Assembly: GCA_963734885.1 (NCBI GenBank)
Contig: CAVTIJ010000002.1
Coordinates: 587,120-651,119 of the forward strand
Origin: an uncultured Bacteroidales bacterium
GTDB taxonomy: Bacteria; Bacteroidota; Bacteroidia; Bacteroidales; VadinHA17
Direction of reading: 5' to 3'
Length of the DNA: 64,000 bases
Shown here: positions 1-9,600 of the stretch, piece by piece
Layout: the number at the start of each line of letters is the position of its first letter
Position numbering within the stretch: the stretch's first letter is position 1
Translations under genes and position numbers: made by a program
Notes under the pieces: model-generated
Database searches by the model: none
Told to the model about the DNA's origin: nothing
The model's input: the letters and a program-made list of their open reading frames with translations, nothing else

Positions 1-1132
1 CATCACCGTTCCAGATTGCTTTATTTGCATGTTTCAGTTTTATGAGATTCCGGTAAAATCCTGTCATAGCGCAGGTATCCCATTTGATTGTGTCTCTCAC
101 AAAAAACTTCAGCCGTTTGTTAAGGCAGTCTTCCTGCCCGCTGTAAATTAAAGGTACTCCCTGTTCGGTAAATATTAAAGCAGCCAGAGGTTTTTGTGCC
201 TTCCCCATAAGAGTATCAATTGTTCCTTCCCAGGTATTCTGATCGTGGTTTGTCAGAAATTGCATCCTGTATACATTATTAGGATAAGTCTGCCATTCCT
301 TTTTAAAATATTTTATGAGTTTCCCGACATTATCTTTACCCTGTGCAATATTGACCATCATGTGATACAATTCCCATGAGTAGTTCATATCAAAAGCTTT
401 TACCATATAAACCGGGTCCTCAATTTCACCGATTAAAAGAACCGGTTTTATAGCGGTAAGCTCAGTACGTGCCCTGACCCAGAAATCTACCGGTGTATTA
501 TGAGGATGATCAATCCTGAATCCATCCACTCCAAGATTCACCCAGAATTTTAAAGCATTAATCATATAGTCCTGAAGACCTTTTTTTGTCCAGTCAAGCT
601 GGATTACATCAGTCCAGTCAAATCCAATCGGTGGCGTGAAATTTCCTTTACTATCCTTTACGTACCAGTCAGGGTGTTCAACAGTAAGGTTGTTATCCCA
701 TGAAGTATGATTCGGCACCCAGTCCATTATTACTTTCATTCCCATTTCATGGGCTTTACCAACAAGGGCCTTGAAATCATCGAGCGTTCCGAATGCGGGG
801 TTCACATTGAGGTAATCTCTTACAGAATAATAACTTCCGAGTTCTCCTTTTTTGTTCTTGATTCCTATAGGAAAAGTTGGCATAAACCAGAGAACATCTA
901 TACCAAGTGATTTCAGTCTTGGAAGGTGTTCTGCAAAAGCATTGAAGGTTCCCTGAGGTGTATACTGCCTTACGTTTACTTCGTAAAGCACTGAATTCCT
1001 TGACCATTCAGGGTGTACGACTTCTGAGACGAAAGGCTTGATTTCATTTTTCTTTCCTGATACTGAGCAACCAGCAAATGTAATTAGCACAAATAGAACA
1101 AGAATCAGAATGCTTAGCGGCAGTTTTTCCAT
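1..1132 (-). CDS. alpha-amylase, glycoside hydrolase family 13, lipoprotein (3' end runs off the window)
   Basis: My own minus-strand translation from ATG at 1132..1130 gives MEKLPLSILILVLFVLITFAGCS (lipobox). It continues through the GH13 conserved regions DWVPNH, GVDGFRIDH, LIGEI and FLTNHDQ. The frame stays open to base 1, which explains its absence from the ORF track. Confidence 0.85.
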   Translation of the reverse strand, partial: MEKLPLSILILVLFVLITFAGCSVSGKKNEIKPFVSEVVHPEWSRNSVLYEVNVRQYTPQGTFNAFAEHLPRLKSLGIDVLWFMPTFPIGIKNKKGELGSYYSVRDYLNVNPAFGTLDDFKALVGKAHEMGMKVIMDWVPNHTSWDNNLTVEHPDWYVKDSKGNFTPPIGFDWTDVIQLDWTKKGLQDYMINALKFWVNLGVDGFRIDHPHNTPVDFWVRARTELTAIKPVLLIGEIEDPVYMVKAFDMNYSWELYHMMVNIAQGKDNVGKLIKYFKKEWQTYPNNVYRMQFLTNHDQNTWEGTIDTLMGKAQKPLAALIFTEQGVPLIYSGQEDCLNKRLKFFVRDTIKWDTCAMTGFYRNLIKLKHANKAIWNGD

Positions 1133-1170
1133 TATATTAATTTTTAGTGTAAAATCGAAATAAAATTTTG

Positions 1171-3498
1171 TTAAGAAAAGAAATCTACTTTTAGATTGAT
1201 CATTGTTTTACCTGATGCATCAACCTGGCAATCCTTACCCGAGATTATCAGATTCAAAGGCTTATCGGATAGGTTATACACGTATACACAATCCTTTATA
1301 ACTTTGACGTTAAACAGGATACCACGGAACCGGGCATGAAACGAATAGGATTGCCAGTTGGTGGGGATAAGCGGATTCAGTAAAACCTTATCATTTTGGA
1401 TCCTCATTCCCCCAAAGCCTTCCACAATAGCAAGCCAGGTTCCGGCCATACTGGTAATATGGAGTCCGTCGGAGACTTCATTATTATAATCATCGAGATC
1501 GAGTCGGGCAGTACGCAGATAAAGGTCATACGCTTTTTCAATATTACCGATTCGTGATGCAAGAATTGAATGAATACAGGCAGACAAAGAAGATTCATGA
1601 ACTGTGAATGGCTCGTAAAAGTTAAAGTTCCTTTTTATTGTTTCTGTATCAAACTGGTCTTCAAAGAGGTATAGTCCCTGTAATACGTCTGCCTGTTTTA
1701 TATAACACGACCGTAGTATCCTGTCCCACGACCAATGCTGATTTATCGGTCTGTCACAAACAGGTAAACTGGAGGCTGGTATTAACTCTTTATCAAGAAA
1801 TCCATCCTGCTGAAGAAATACCTTTCTTGAACTATTAAAAGGAAGATGCATATCACTAATCAGGCTTTTCCATCGGGGAAGTTCCTCCTCAGGGCTGAAT
1901 TTTGTTTTAGAAAAGAGAGCAGTCGCCTTTAAAGGATTCTCCTTTTCAAGTTTTTCAATATTATCCAGTGTATATGATAAAGTCCAGACAGCCAGCTTAT
2001 TAGTATACCAGTTATTATTTACATTATTCTCATATTCATTTGGACCCGTTACACCAAGAATTACAAATTTTTTAAGGTTTTCGGAATATGTTGTCCTCTG
2101 ACTCCAGAATCGAGATATGCCAATGAGGACCTCAAGACCGTAGTCGAACATATAAGCATTGTCTCCGGTATGCCTGATGTAATTGAAAATAGCAAAGGCA
2201 ATTGCACCGTTTCTGTGAATTTCCTCAAAGGTGATTTCCCATTCGTTATGGCACTCCTCACCATTCATTGTTACCATAGGATATAGCGCGGCTCCATTTT
2301 TGAAACCAAGTTTCCTGGCATTTTCAATGCTCTTTTCAAGGTGTTTATATCTATACATCAGGAGGTTCCGGCCCACTTCCTTATCAGCGGTTTTAAGAAA
2401 GAAAGGCAAACCAAAGGCTTCAGTATCCCAATATGTACTTCCGCCGTATTTTTCGCCGGTAAATCCTTTTGGCCCGATATTCAGACGTTCATCCCTGCCG
2501 GTATAAGTCTGGTTAAGGTGAAAAATATTAAACCGTATGGCCTGCTGGGCCGAAATATCCCCTTCAATTACAACGTCGGATGTCGACCAAATCTTTTCCC
2601 ATACTTTTGCATGTTCTTTGAAAAGATTTGAAAACCCTTGTGATCTTGCTTCTTTCAATCGTGCTTTGCAATCGTCAATTAAATTTTCTTTTTTATTATT
2701 TAATGAGGAAAGAACAGACACATATTTATATATTACTACCTCTTCACCTTCTTTAATATCAAGAGTTATTTCAGATGCAATATATTTTCCTTTCTCAATT
2801 GTATCAGGCTTTACACCTATTTCCTTGTTTCCCTTTATCAGTTCAAAGGTCATGCCTGTTGCTACATGAAAATCTGTTTTCAAAGTCCTGGTAACAAGAA
2901 CACCGGTATCTCCTTTTATCTCCTTACCGACCTCTTCCCAGAATTTCTCGCCATAATTGGTATCTTCATTTCTGACGTCACCATCGATATATATTGTTAA
3001 TCCGAGGATCCCGTTAAAATTCAATGATTTTACTGAATATCTTATTAACCCTAAATCTGGTTCAGCCATGCTTACAAATCTCCGGCTGGATACTTCGATA
3101 TTCTTATTTTCGGAAATTGAAATTTTGAAGTTTCTTGCAAGAAAACCCTCTTTCATATCCACGGTTCTTGTAAAGGATATTATTTTGGATTTTGACAGGT
3201 CTGCCATTATTCCGTCAACGGAGACATTAATGCCTATCCAATTCGGTGCATTCAGAACTTTAGCGAAGTATTCGGGATACCCGTTTTTCCACCAGCCTAC
3301 GCGGGTTTTATCAGGATAATAAACGCCGGCCACATAACTGCCCTGGAGTTTATCCCCTGAATACTGTTCTTCAAAATTAGCTCTCTGGCCCATGTAGCCA
3401 TTCCCGATAGAGAAAATGCTTTCTGATTCTCTGTTCATGTCAGGATGAAATCCTTCTTCAATGATCTTCCAAACGTCCTTTTTGTAATAACTTTTCAT
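1171..3498 (-). CDS. glycoside hydrolase family 65 disaccharide phosphorylase (maltose/kojibiose/trehalose phosphorylase type)
   Basis: 775 aa ORF with a GH65-like N-terminus (FSIGNGYMGQRANFEE). The size is typical, and it overlaps the beta-phosphoglucomutase gene by 4 nt, the classic partnership. Confidence 0.88.
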   Translation of the reverse strand: MKSYYKKDVWKIIEEGFHPDMNRESESIFSIGNGYMGQRANFEEQYSGDKLQGSYVAGVYYPDKTRVGWWKNGYPEYFAKVLNAPNWIGINVSVDGIMADLSKSKIISFTRTVDMKEGFLARNFKISISENKNIEVSSRRFVSMAEPDLGLIRYSVKSLNFNGILGLTIYIDGDVRNEDTNYGEKFWEEVGKEIKGDTGVLVTRTLKTDFHVATGMTFELIKGNKEIGVKPDTIEKGKYIASEITLDIKEGEEVVIYKYVSVLSSLNNKKENLIDDCKARLKEARSQGFSNLFKEHAKVWEKIWSTSDVVIEGDISAQQAIRFNIFHLNQTYTGRDERLNIGPKGFTGEKYGGSTYWDTEAFGLPFFLKTADKEVGRNLLMYRYKHLEKSIENARKLGFKNGAALYPMVTMNGEECHNEWEITFEEIHRNGAIAFAIFNYIRHTGDNAYMFDYGLEVLIGISRFWSQRTTYSENLKKFVILGVTGPNEYENNVNNNWYTNKLAVWTLSYTLDNIEKLEKENPLKATALFSKTKFSPEEELPRWKSLISDMHLPFNSSRKVFLQQDGFLDKELIPASSLPVCDRPINQHWSWDRILRSCYIKQADVLQGLYLFEDQFDTETIKRNFNFYEPFTVHESSLSACIHSILASRIGNIEKAYDLYLRTARLDLDDYNNEVSDGLHITSMAGTWLAIVEGFGGMRIQNDKVLLNPLIPTNWQSYSFHARFRGILFNVKVIKDCVYVYNLSDKPLNLIISGKDCQVDASGKTMINLKVDFFS

Positions 3499-4160
3499 GA
3501 CAGGATCTTATTTTCTAATTCTTTAAGTTTCATAAGATTCATCTCATTTAACCCCGATACAACAAAATGCGCTTCTTTTAAGATTTCAGGGGAGCCGATT
3601 CCGACACACATCATGCCTGCATTAAGTGCAGCCTGAATGCCTGCTACAGCGTCCTCAAATACAACACATTGACCGGGTTTAGCTTGTACCATCCCGGCAG
3701 CTTTTAAGAAAACCTCAGGATCGGGTTTTGCTTTTTTCACAATGTTCCCATCAGCAACCGCATCGAACAGATTGGAGATGCCGACTCTTTCGAGGATCAT
3801 CGGAGTGTTCTTACTTGCAGACCCTATTGCGACGCGGATACCGGCATTTCTTATTTCCCTGATGAATGTAAGACTTCCCGGAAGTATTTCTCCGGGTGTC
3901 ATTTTGCTTATATAATCAACATACCAGTTGTTCTTCCTGGTTGCATATTCATGTTTCTGATCCTCATTTGCCTTTACCTTGCCAATTTCGAGGATTATCT
4001 CAAGAGAAGCCATCCTGCTTACCCCTTTTAATCTTTCGTTATCTTCTTCGGTGAAGTGAATACCAAGCTGCTCTGTTAACTTTTTCCAAGCCAGAAAATG
4101 ATACCTGGCGGTATCAACAATTACGCCGTCGAGGTCAAAAATACATGCAGTGGTTTGCAT
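3495..4160 (-). CDS. pgmB: beta-phosphoglucomutase (HAD superfamily)
   Basis: 221 aa with the HAD motif I FDLDGVIVDT. It overlaps the MFS gene by 1 nt and the GH65 gene by 4 nt. Confidence 0.88.
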   Translation of the reverse strand: MQTTACIFDLDGVIVDTARYHFLAWKKLTEQLGIHFTEEDNERLKGVSRMASLEIILEIGKVKANEDQKHEYATRKNNWYVDYISKMTPGEILPGSLTFIREIRNAGIRVAIGSASKNTPMILERVGISNLFDAVADGNIVKKAKPDPEVFLKAAGMVQAKPGQCVVFEDAVAGIQAALNAGMMCVGIGSPEILKEAHFVVSGLNEMNLMKLKELENKILS

Positions 4161-5683
4161 TATAACTTTACTGATTTGGTTTCATCAACATCATTCACGA
4201 ACAGAATAAGCACAGCAGCGATGAACATAGAAATACCGCCTGCAACAAGGGCATAAATGCTTTCACCACCAAATATATCGCGTACAAAAAATCCCAGGAT
4301 ACTTGCAGCAAGAATCTGTGGGATAACGATGAAGAAGTTAAAAATTCCCATGTACGTACCCATTTTGTTTGAAGGAAGAGAACCGGTGAGTATAGCATAT
4401 GGCATAGCCAGAATACTTGCCCATGCAAGTCCGATTCCAAGCATAGAAATTATTAAAAGGTGTGGGGTATGGAAAATGATAATCGATATTAGTCCCAGAC
4501 CACCCGCAATAAGACTTATTGAATGGGTTACGCGTCTGTTTGTCAGTTTTGCAAGCACAGGCAACAAAAAAGCTACGAGGGCTGCAAAGCCGTTATAAAC
4601 AGCAAAGAGAATACCAACCCAGTTTGCGCCCTGGTTATATAGTTCACTTGTCGGATCTTTTGTTCCGTAAATATGACTGGTCACGGCAGAAGTGGTATAA
4701 ATCCACATTGAGAAAAGAGCAAACCATGAAAAGAACTGAACAATAGCTAATTGCCCCATGGTTTTGGGAATATTATACAAATCGCTTAATACGATCACCA
4801 GTCCGTTTTCTGACCGGCCCTGCGAGACAAACAGTCCGGAAATAACCTGTATCAGGCCAAAAGCACCGATTCCCACTGACAGGATATACAATTCCTTTTC
4901 AAGTGAAAAGTAATAAATTATCAGGCTGATAATGGTCCCGGCAAAAATCCAGTATAAGCCTCTCTTAAAAAATGCGCCTGACTCATATAATTTTTCGGGA
5001 ACCCGTACAGTATTTTTAACAGTATCTTCCTGTGAGGAATACTCAGCTAACTCATCAGGCGAATATTCTTTTGTCCTCAAAATAGTCCATATCACCGCAG
5101 AGATAAAAACCGCTCCTCCTATGTAAAATGAAAGCCTTACAGACAAAGGAATCTGGCCGGCAGGGGCTGTATTCTGAACATGAAACCAGTTTGTCAGGAC
5201 ATAAGGAAGCACTGAAGCTATAACTGCTCCGGTCCCAATGAAAAAACTCTGCGTAGCGAAACCTGTTGTACGCTGATCAGAAGGAAGCATATCACCAACA
5301 AAAGCTCTGAAAGGCTCCATGGAAACATTAATAGATGCATCCATGATCCATAACATTCCTGCTGCAATCCAGAGAGCCGGTGAATTTGGTATAATGATCA
5401 GTGCCAGAGATGCCAGTATTGCCCCTGTCAGAAAATATGGACGTCTGCGACCCAGGCGGTTCCAGGTATTATCACTCATATGCCCGATAATAGGCTGAAT
5501 AATAAGTCCTGTAACCGGAGCAGCAATCCATAGTATGGGTATATTCTCAACTTTGGCGCCAAGAGTTTCGAAAATCCTGCTGACATTTGCATTCTGAAGC
5601 GCAAATCCAAACTGAATTCCCAGAAACCCAAAACTCATGTTCCAGATCTGCCAGAAGGTTAAACGTGGTTTTGATTTTTTCAT
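4160..5683 (-). CDS. MFS/GPH-type sugar:cation symporter (maltose/sucrose transporter-like)
   Basis: 507 aa polytopic membrane protein, about 12 TM by eye, with the RLGRRRPY loop motif typical of SLC45/GPH sugar symporters. It is the first gene of the maltose operon. Confidence 0.78.
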   Translation of the reverse strand: MKKSKPRLTFWQIWNMSFGFLGIQFGFALQNANVSRIFETLGAKVENIPILWIAAPVTGLIIQPIIGHMSDNTWNRLGRRRPYFLTGAILASLALIIIPNSPALWIAAGMLWIMDASINVSMEPFRAFVGDMLPSDQRTTGFATQSFFIGTGAVIASVLPYVLTNWFHVQNTAPAGQIPLSVRLSFYIGGAVFISAVIWTILRTKEYSPDELAEYSSQEDTVKNTVRVPEKLYESGAFFKRGLYWIFAGTIISLIIYYFSLEKELYILSVGIGAFGLIQVISGLFVSQGRSENGLVIVLSDLYNIPKTMGQLAIVQFFSWFALFSMWIYTTSAVTSHIYGTKDPTSELYNQGANWVGILFAVYNGFAALVAFLLPVLAKLTNRRVTHSISLIAGGLGLISIIIFHTPHLLIISMLGIGLAWASILAMPYAILTGSLPSNKMGTYMGIFNFFIVIPQILAASILGFFVRDIFGGESIYALVAGGISMFIAAVLILFVNDVDETKSVKL

Positions 5684-5711
5684 AGATTGTAGATAGATTT
5701 GATTTAAACTT

Positions 5712-5816
5712 CGTGATTCTTAGGGTATCCTTAGGGTCCCTTTGTGGCTAATTTATTCTTATTCGATATTTTACCACTAAGGGACACAAAGGATCACAAA
5801 GGTTCATAAAGGATTT
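5712..5816. repeat. CACAAAG-word palindromic intergenic element, copy a (variant words CTTAGGGT / CACAAAGG)
   Basis: The left arm cttagggtatccttagggtccctttgtgg is inverted relative to the right arm ccactaagggacacaaaggatcacaaagg. Confidence 0.7.
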
Positions 5817-6039
5817 AGAGTTCTACCAAAAATATGAAAATGCTTCGATAATAATACATCTAATCAACTTTATTTTATCTCATTGTCGCTGATTTTCAGG
5901 CAGGAAGAAAGAATCCCCATGTTTCATTCGATTTCTGAAACCTGCTCAACTTTTCCTCCCTTATTTTTCTTTAAACCTTCCTCCTGCTCCCCTGCTAAAA
6001 TAAAATGTCCCTATATAAAGGTGGATGCTGAAAAAGCTA

Positions 6040-6086
6040 AAATCCATTAACCACAAAGGTCCTTCTTTGTGTGCTTAGTGGTTAAA
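6040..6086. repeat. CACAAAG-word palindromic element, copy b (short)
   Basis: Sequence aaatccattaaccacaaaggtccttctttgtgtgcttagtggttaa. The terminal motif AATCCATTAACCACAAAGG is shared with copies d, e and f. It ends 2 nt from the sprA stop. Confidence 0.75.
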
Positions 6087-6087
6087 T

Positions 6088-6537
6088 TTATTGTACCAGG
6101 GTAAATTTAAGACTGAAGCCGAAATTCGTATTTGAAGTTGGAAAAGTATTTGCAACGAATGGATTATTCATAGTCCGGTCAGCAAATATCTGAAGATTGA
6201 ACCTGTCACTTAGAACATAGTCTGCTGTGGCTCCGACAGAAAACACTTTCTGTCCGACAACAGGCTGATCAACATCCTCCACAAGCTTACGTGCAAGAGT
6301 TTTATTATCACGGATAGAAAGGTCAAAGCGTAAATTAAGATCACTTTTCAGCGACTTTTGTCCTCCGCCCATGGTCTTGAGAATTATCTGAACATTATCA
6401 AACCGGTATCCTGCACCAAAAATAAGTTCATTTATCCTGGCATCCGAGACCTGGTTACTGGTAAGATTCAGAGTTACAGTCCGTGATTTCCTCCATTCAA
6501 ACCGTGTAGTGAGGCTGTTTTTCCAGTTCATGTCCAC
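6088..6537 (-). CDS. sprA: SprA C-terminal fragment (separate ORF because of a frameshift; its frame is open upstream to about 6639)
   Basis: 149 aa beta-strand-like sequence ending FGFSLKFTLVQ. The same frame reads on upstream as RRDKQIKGPSGIISFSNIEINVVTINEQFSPLINV. This overlaps the end of the 2310 aa ORF in another frame. Confidence 0.75.
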   Translation of the reverse strand: MDMNWKNSLTTRFEWRKSRTVTLNLTSNQVSDARINELIFGAGYRFDNVQIILKTMGGGQKSLKSDLNLRFDLSIRDNKTLARKLVEDVDQPVVGQKVFSVGATADYVLSDRFNLQIFADRTMNNPFVANTFPTSNTNFGFSLKFTLVQ

Positions 6538-6602
6538 ATTTATAAGCGGACTGAATTGTTCATTAATCGTGACGACATTGATTTCGATATTGCTGAATGA
6601 AA

Positions 6603-9600
6603 TTATTCCTGAAGGTCCCTTAATCTGCTTATCCCGTCTTCATCAAGTGAATAATTCAGATTTGTGGTATATGAACCAATCTGGTAAGTACTTCTGTACT
6701 GATGCGTAAGATTTATTGACCTGAAAACATTCTGGACAAAATCGAATTTCGAGAGTCCGTCAAAGTTAATTCTCCAGTTTGGCATCATTTTGAAAGCAGA
6801 AGGAAATGTTTCAAGCCCTATTTTATTTGGATTTGATTTTGTATATGCCGCAATAAATGCAGGGATAAGGACTTCGCTTGAAGTTTGCCCATAACCGCTT
6901 TTATAAGGTCCTGTAATCGGTTGTCCGGTTATTGGATCAATATTGGGATCATAATTTGGATCAATTCTCTGTCGTGCTGCAGCTCTTCTCTCTGAAATTA
7001 TTACAATATCATTCTTAAATGCTTCAAAGGCAGGTGAGACATAGTCATTGCTTTTTGATATCTTTTCGAAAGAAGTTCCCCACGAAATAATTGACATTGA
7101 GAAGTTTCCGTTTATCATCCGGTTGCGTGTACTATCAGGGAAATTACCATTATGATCTGCAATATAATAAGCGCTTTCTGATTCAAGGAATCTTCTATTG
7201 GCGTCAATATCAATTCTTAATCCGGGGAAAGGCTCGACAAGACTTCTTAATGAAAGTTCTCTCTTATTGTCATAAATGGCAGGTGTATTAAGTAAGGTAT
7301 CCCGTGAAAGCCAGCCTTTGGTAACAGCCCTGTCAAAGAAATTTCTGTCACTGTATCCAAGAATGAAAGGCCATCCGGGAGCAAGATTTCCATTATAATT
7401 TGACATTCCGAGAAAGCTTGTTTCTGGCGCATACCCGGGTAGAAATTGTCCCTGGGATGTCATATAAGTCAGACTAACTGACCTTATCCCCATTACAGCT
7501 CTGATTAAATATTCACCGGCGACAATAAATGGATCCCTGTTCTTTTTAATCTTCCCCTCGACAACTACTTTGGCACCATCAACCTGTTGAGCTGAAGTGA
7601 AATTTATCCGGTTTTCACTAATAATATCAATTTTCCCTTTTACCTCCACTCCATTTTTGCCAACGATTTTGACCTTGAGATCTTTAGACTTCAGGTTATG
7701 ATTTATAGCTTTTGCAACATTTGCTTTAAAGCTCACATTATCCCTGGTATAGGTTACAGTGCGCAATTCCGACTTCATCTTCTGCGCCGCCCCCGGCATG
7801 GTATTATTTTCAATATTTTTCAGGAATTTCAATTTAGTATAAAGAGAAGAAAGAGCAGCCATTGCTGTAAATGTCATCTCACTATGGTTCTTAATTGAAT
7901 TTCCCAGATTAATATGCAGACTATCAGGGAAAAGGGGACCTGCCAGCCATGTGTAATCCGTACTATAACGGGCATTTGCATTTACCCATGAAAGCAATGG
8001 CAATTTATTTACAGGAAGTGTATAAGTTACATTTATAAAATGATTGTAGGTGGTGGTTCTTCCTCCTCTTCTTAAATTACCAATAACTGAATCGCGCCAG
8101 TTATTATAAGTAGTGGCGTATCTTTTCCTGTCTACTCCTCCGCCTGGTTCATCAATTCTCGCAAGATCTGTAGCCGTAAAATCAAACTTTAACTGGCGCG
8201 TCACATCGTATTTGAAATCATAAATACGGCTCCACTCGAAATCCTTTTTGAATGATGGCGTGACCATTAGATATGGATTATCTATATTCCTGGTTATTAA
8301 TTCATTGTAAGTTCTGCTCAGATCGGTTCTGAATGAAAGGCTTTTTGGGAAAGCATAAAAATTAAAGTCCTTTATAATTTTGAAAGCTGATCCGTTAAGA
8401 AAACTTACATTTCTAAAGGGCATAATATTTTTAGGCTGAGCCTGAAAATCATAGTTCAGACCACCTCTGTAGTCCTTTTCCAGATTAATTTGAGTATTGG
8501 TATTGCTGCTGAAAATTTCATTGTAAGTGTAGTTCACACTAAGGTTAGCCGGATCCCATACATGAGGCTTTTCGCCTCTTTTTGTTATGCCGGCGTTACT
8601 GATAGTAATTGTCTTTCTTCTTGAATAATCCTCGGCGATATTTAATATTGAATCTTTGACAGCCTTGTTTTTAGCGGCATTTAGTGCATCGCTTAACAGT
8701 ATATCCGGATCCAATGGGTTAAACTTAGGTTTTATGCGGGTTTCAGAATAACCAACGTATACCGGTAGTCTGACACCAATTTTTTCAGGGAAAAATTTGC
8801 CGAGTTCAACGCTTGATGATATATCATATTTTAAAACATCTTCCTTGCTTCTTTCATTTATCTTTTTCTCAAGGCTTCCCCATCCGGGGGTGCTTGCCTG
8901 ACCAACCATATCGATAGTTCCCAGGTCGGCAAGCCGGGCCTGAAAGTGGGTGTTTGCCGCCCACCCTCCGTCTTCAATAAAATCGCTGAGCCTGAGTTCG
9001 TTAACCCATACCTCAGCATATTTTGGCTGTCCGTCGTCTGTTGATCTGCTGCGTGTCTTAATAGGATTTCTGACTCCTATCATTATTACTTTGATATTGC
9101 TCATGTTCGGATTACCTGAAACCGAAACTCTGGCCGTCCCATTCTGATACACAAACACGTCGGTGGCGCTCAAAGAAGATCCGGGTAGATTCATCTGCCT
9201 GTTCCTTTCCTGTTTTGCCGCCTGTAAAACTGAAAGGTCTATTATAAAACTATTTTCTGCAGGCCAGACTTTTGCCCTGTCATCTTCCGAGTTATTATCA
9301 TAATGACCTGGGGGCGTGAGTTTTAGTGGAATTTCATACTCATAAAAATTTCCCTTGTAATCTGAGCCAATCCTTATAAATGCCGTAAGATCATCGTCGT
9401 GCAATGGCTGACCAATCATTGCCTCAGCATGCACCTCCATCCGCAGTTTACGATAATCTCTTATATCGAGATTAATATTTTTGAATGCAGCCCGTGCATC
9501 CCCGTCTTCGAGATTCATGACCTTAAGAACCATCGATTGTTCGTTTAGCTGCCTTAGCTGGGGATTCTGAGGATCTGTTACTCTGTTAAATCCGGGAGGC

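Noticed and set aside
1-5683. Maltose operon as a novel polysaccharide utilisation locus
   Set aside because: MFS, beta-PGM, GH65 and GH13 form a well-known maltose/maltodextrin phosphorolysis arrangement, with nothing unusual beyond tight coupling.
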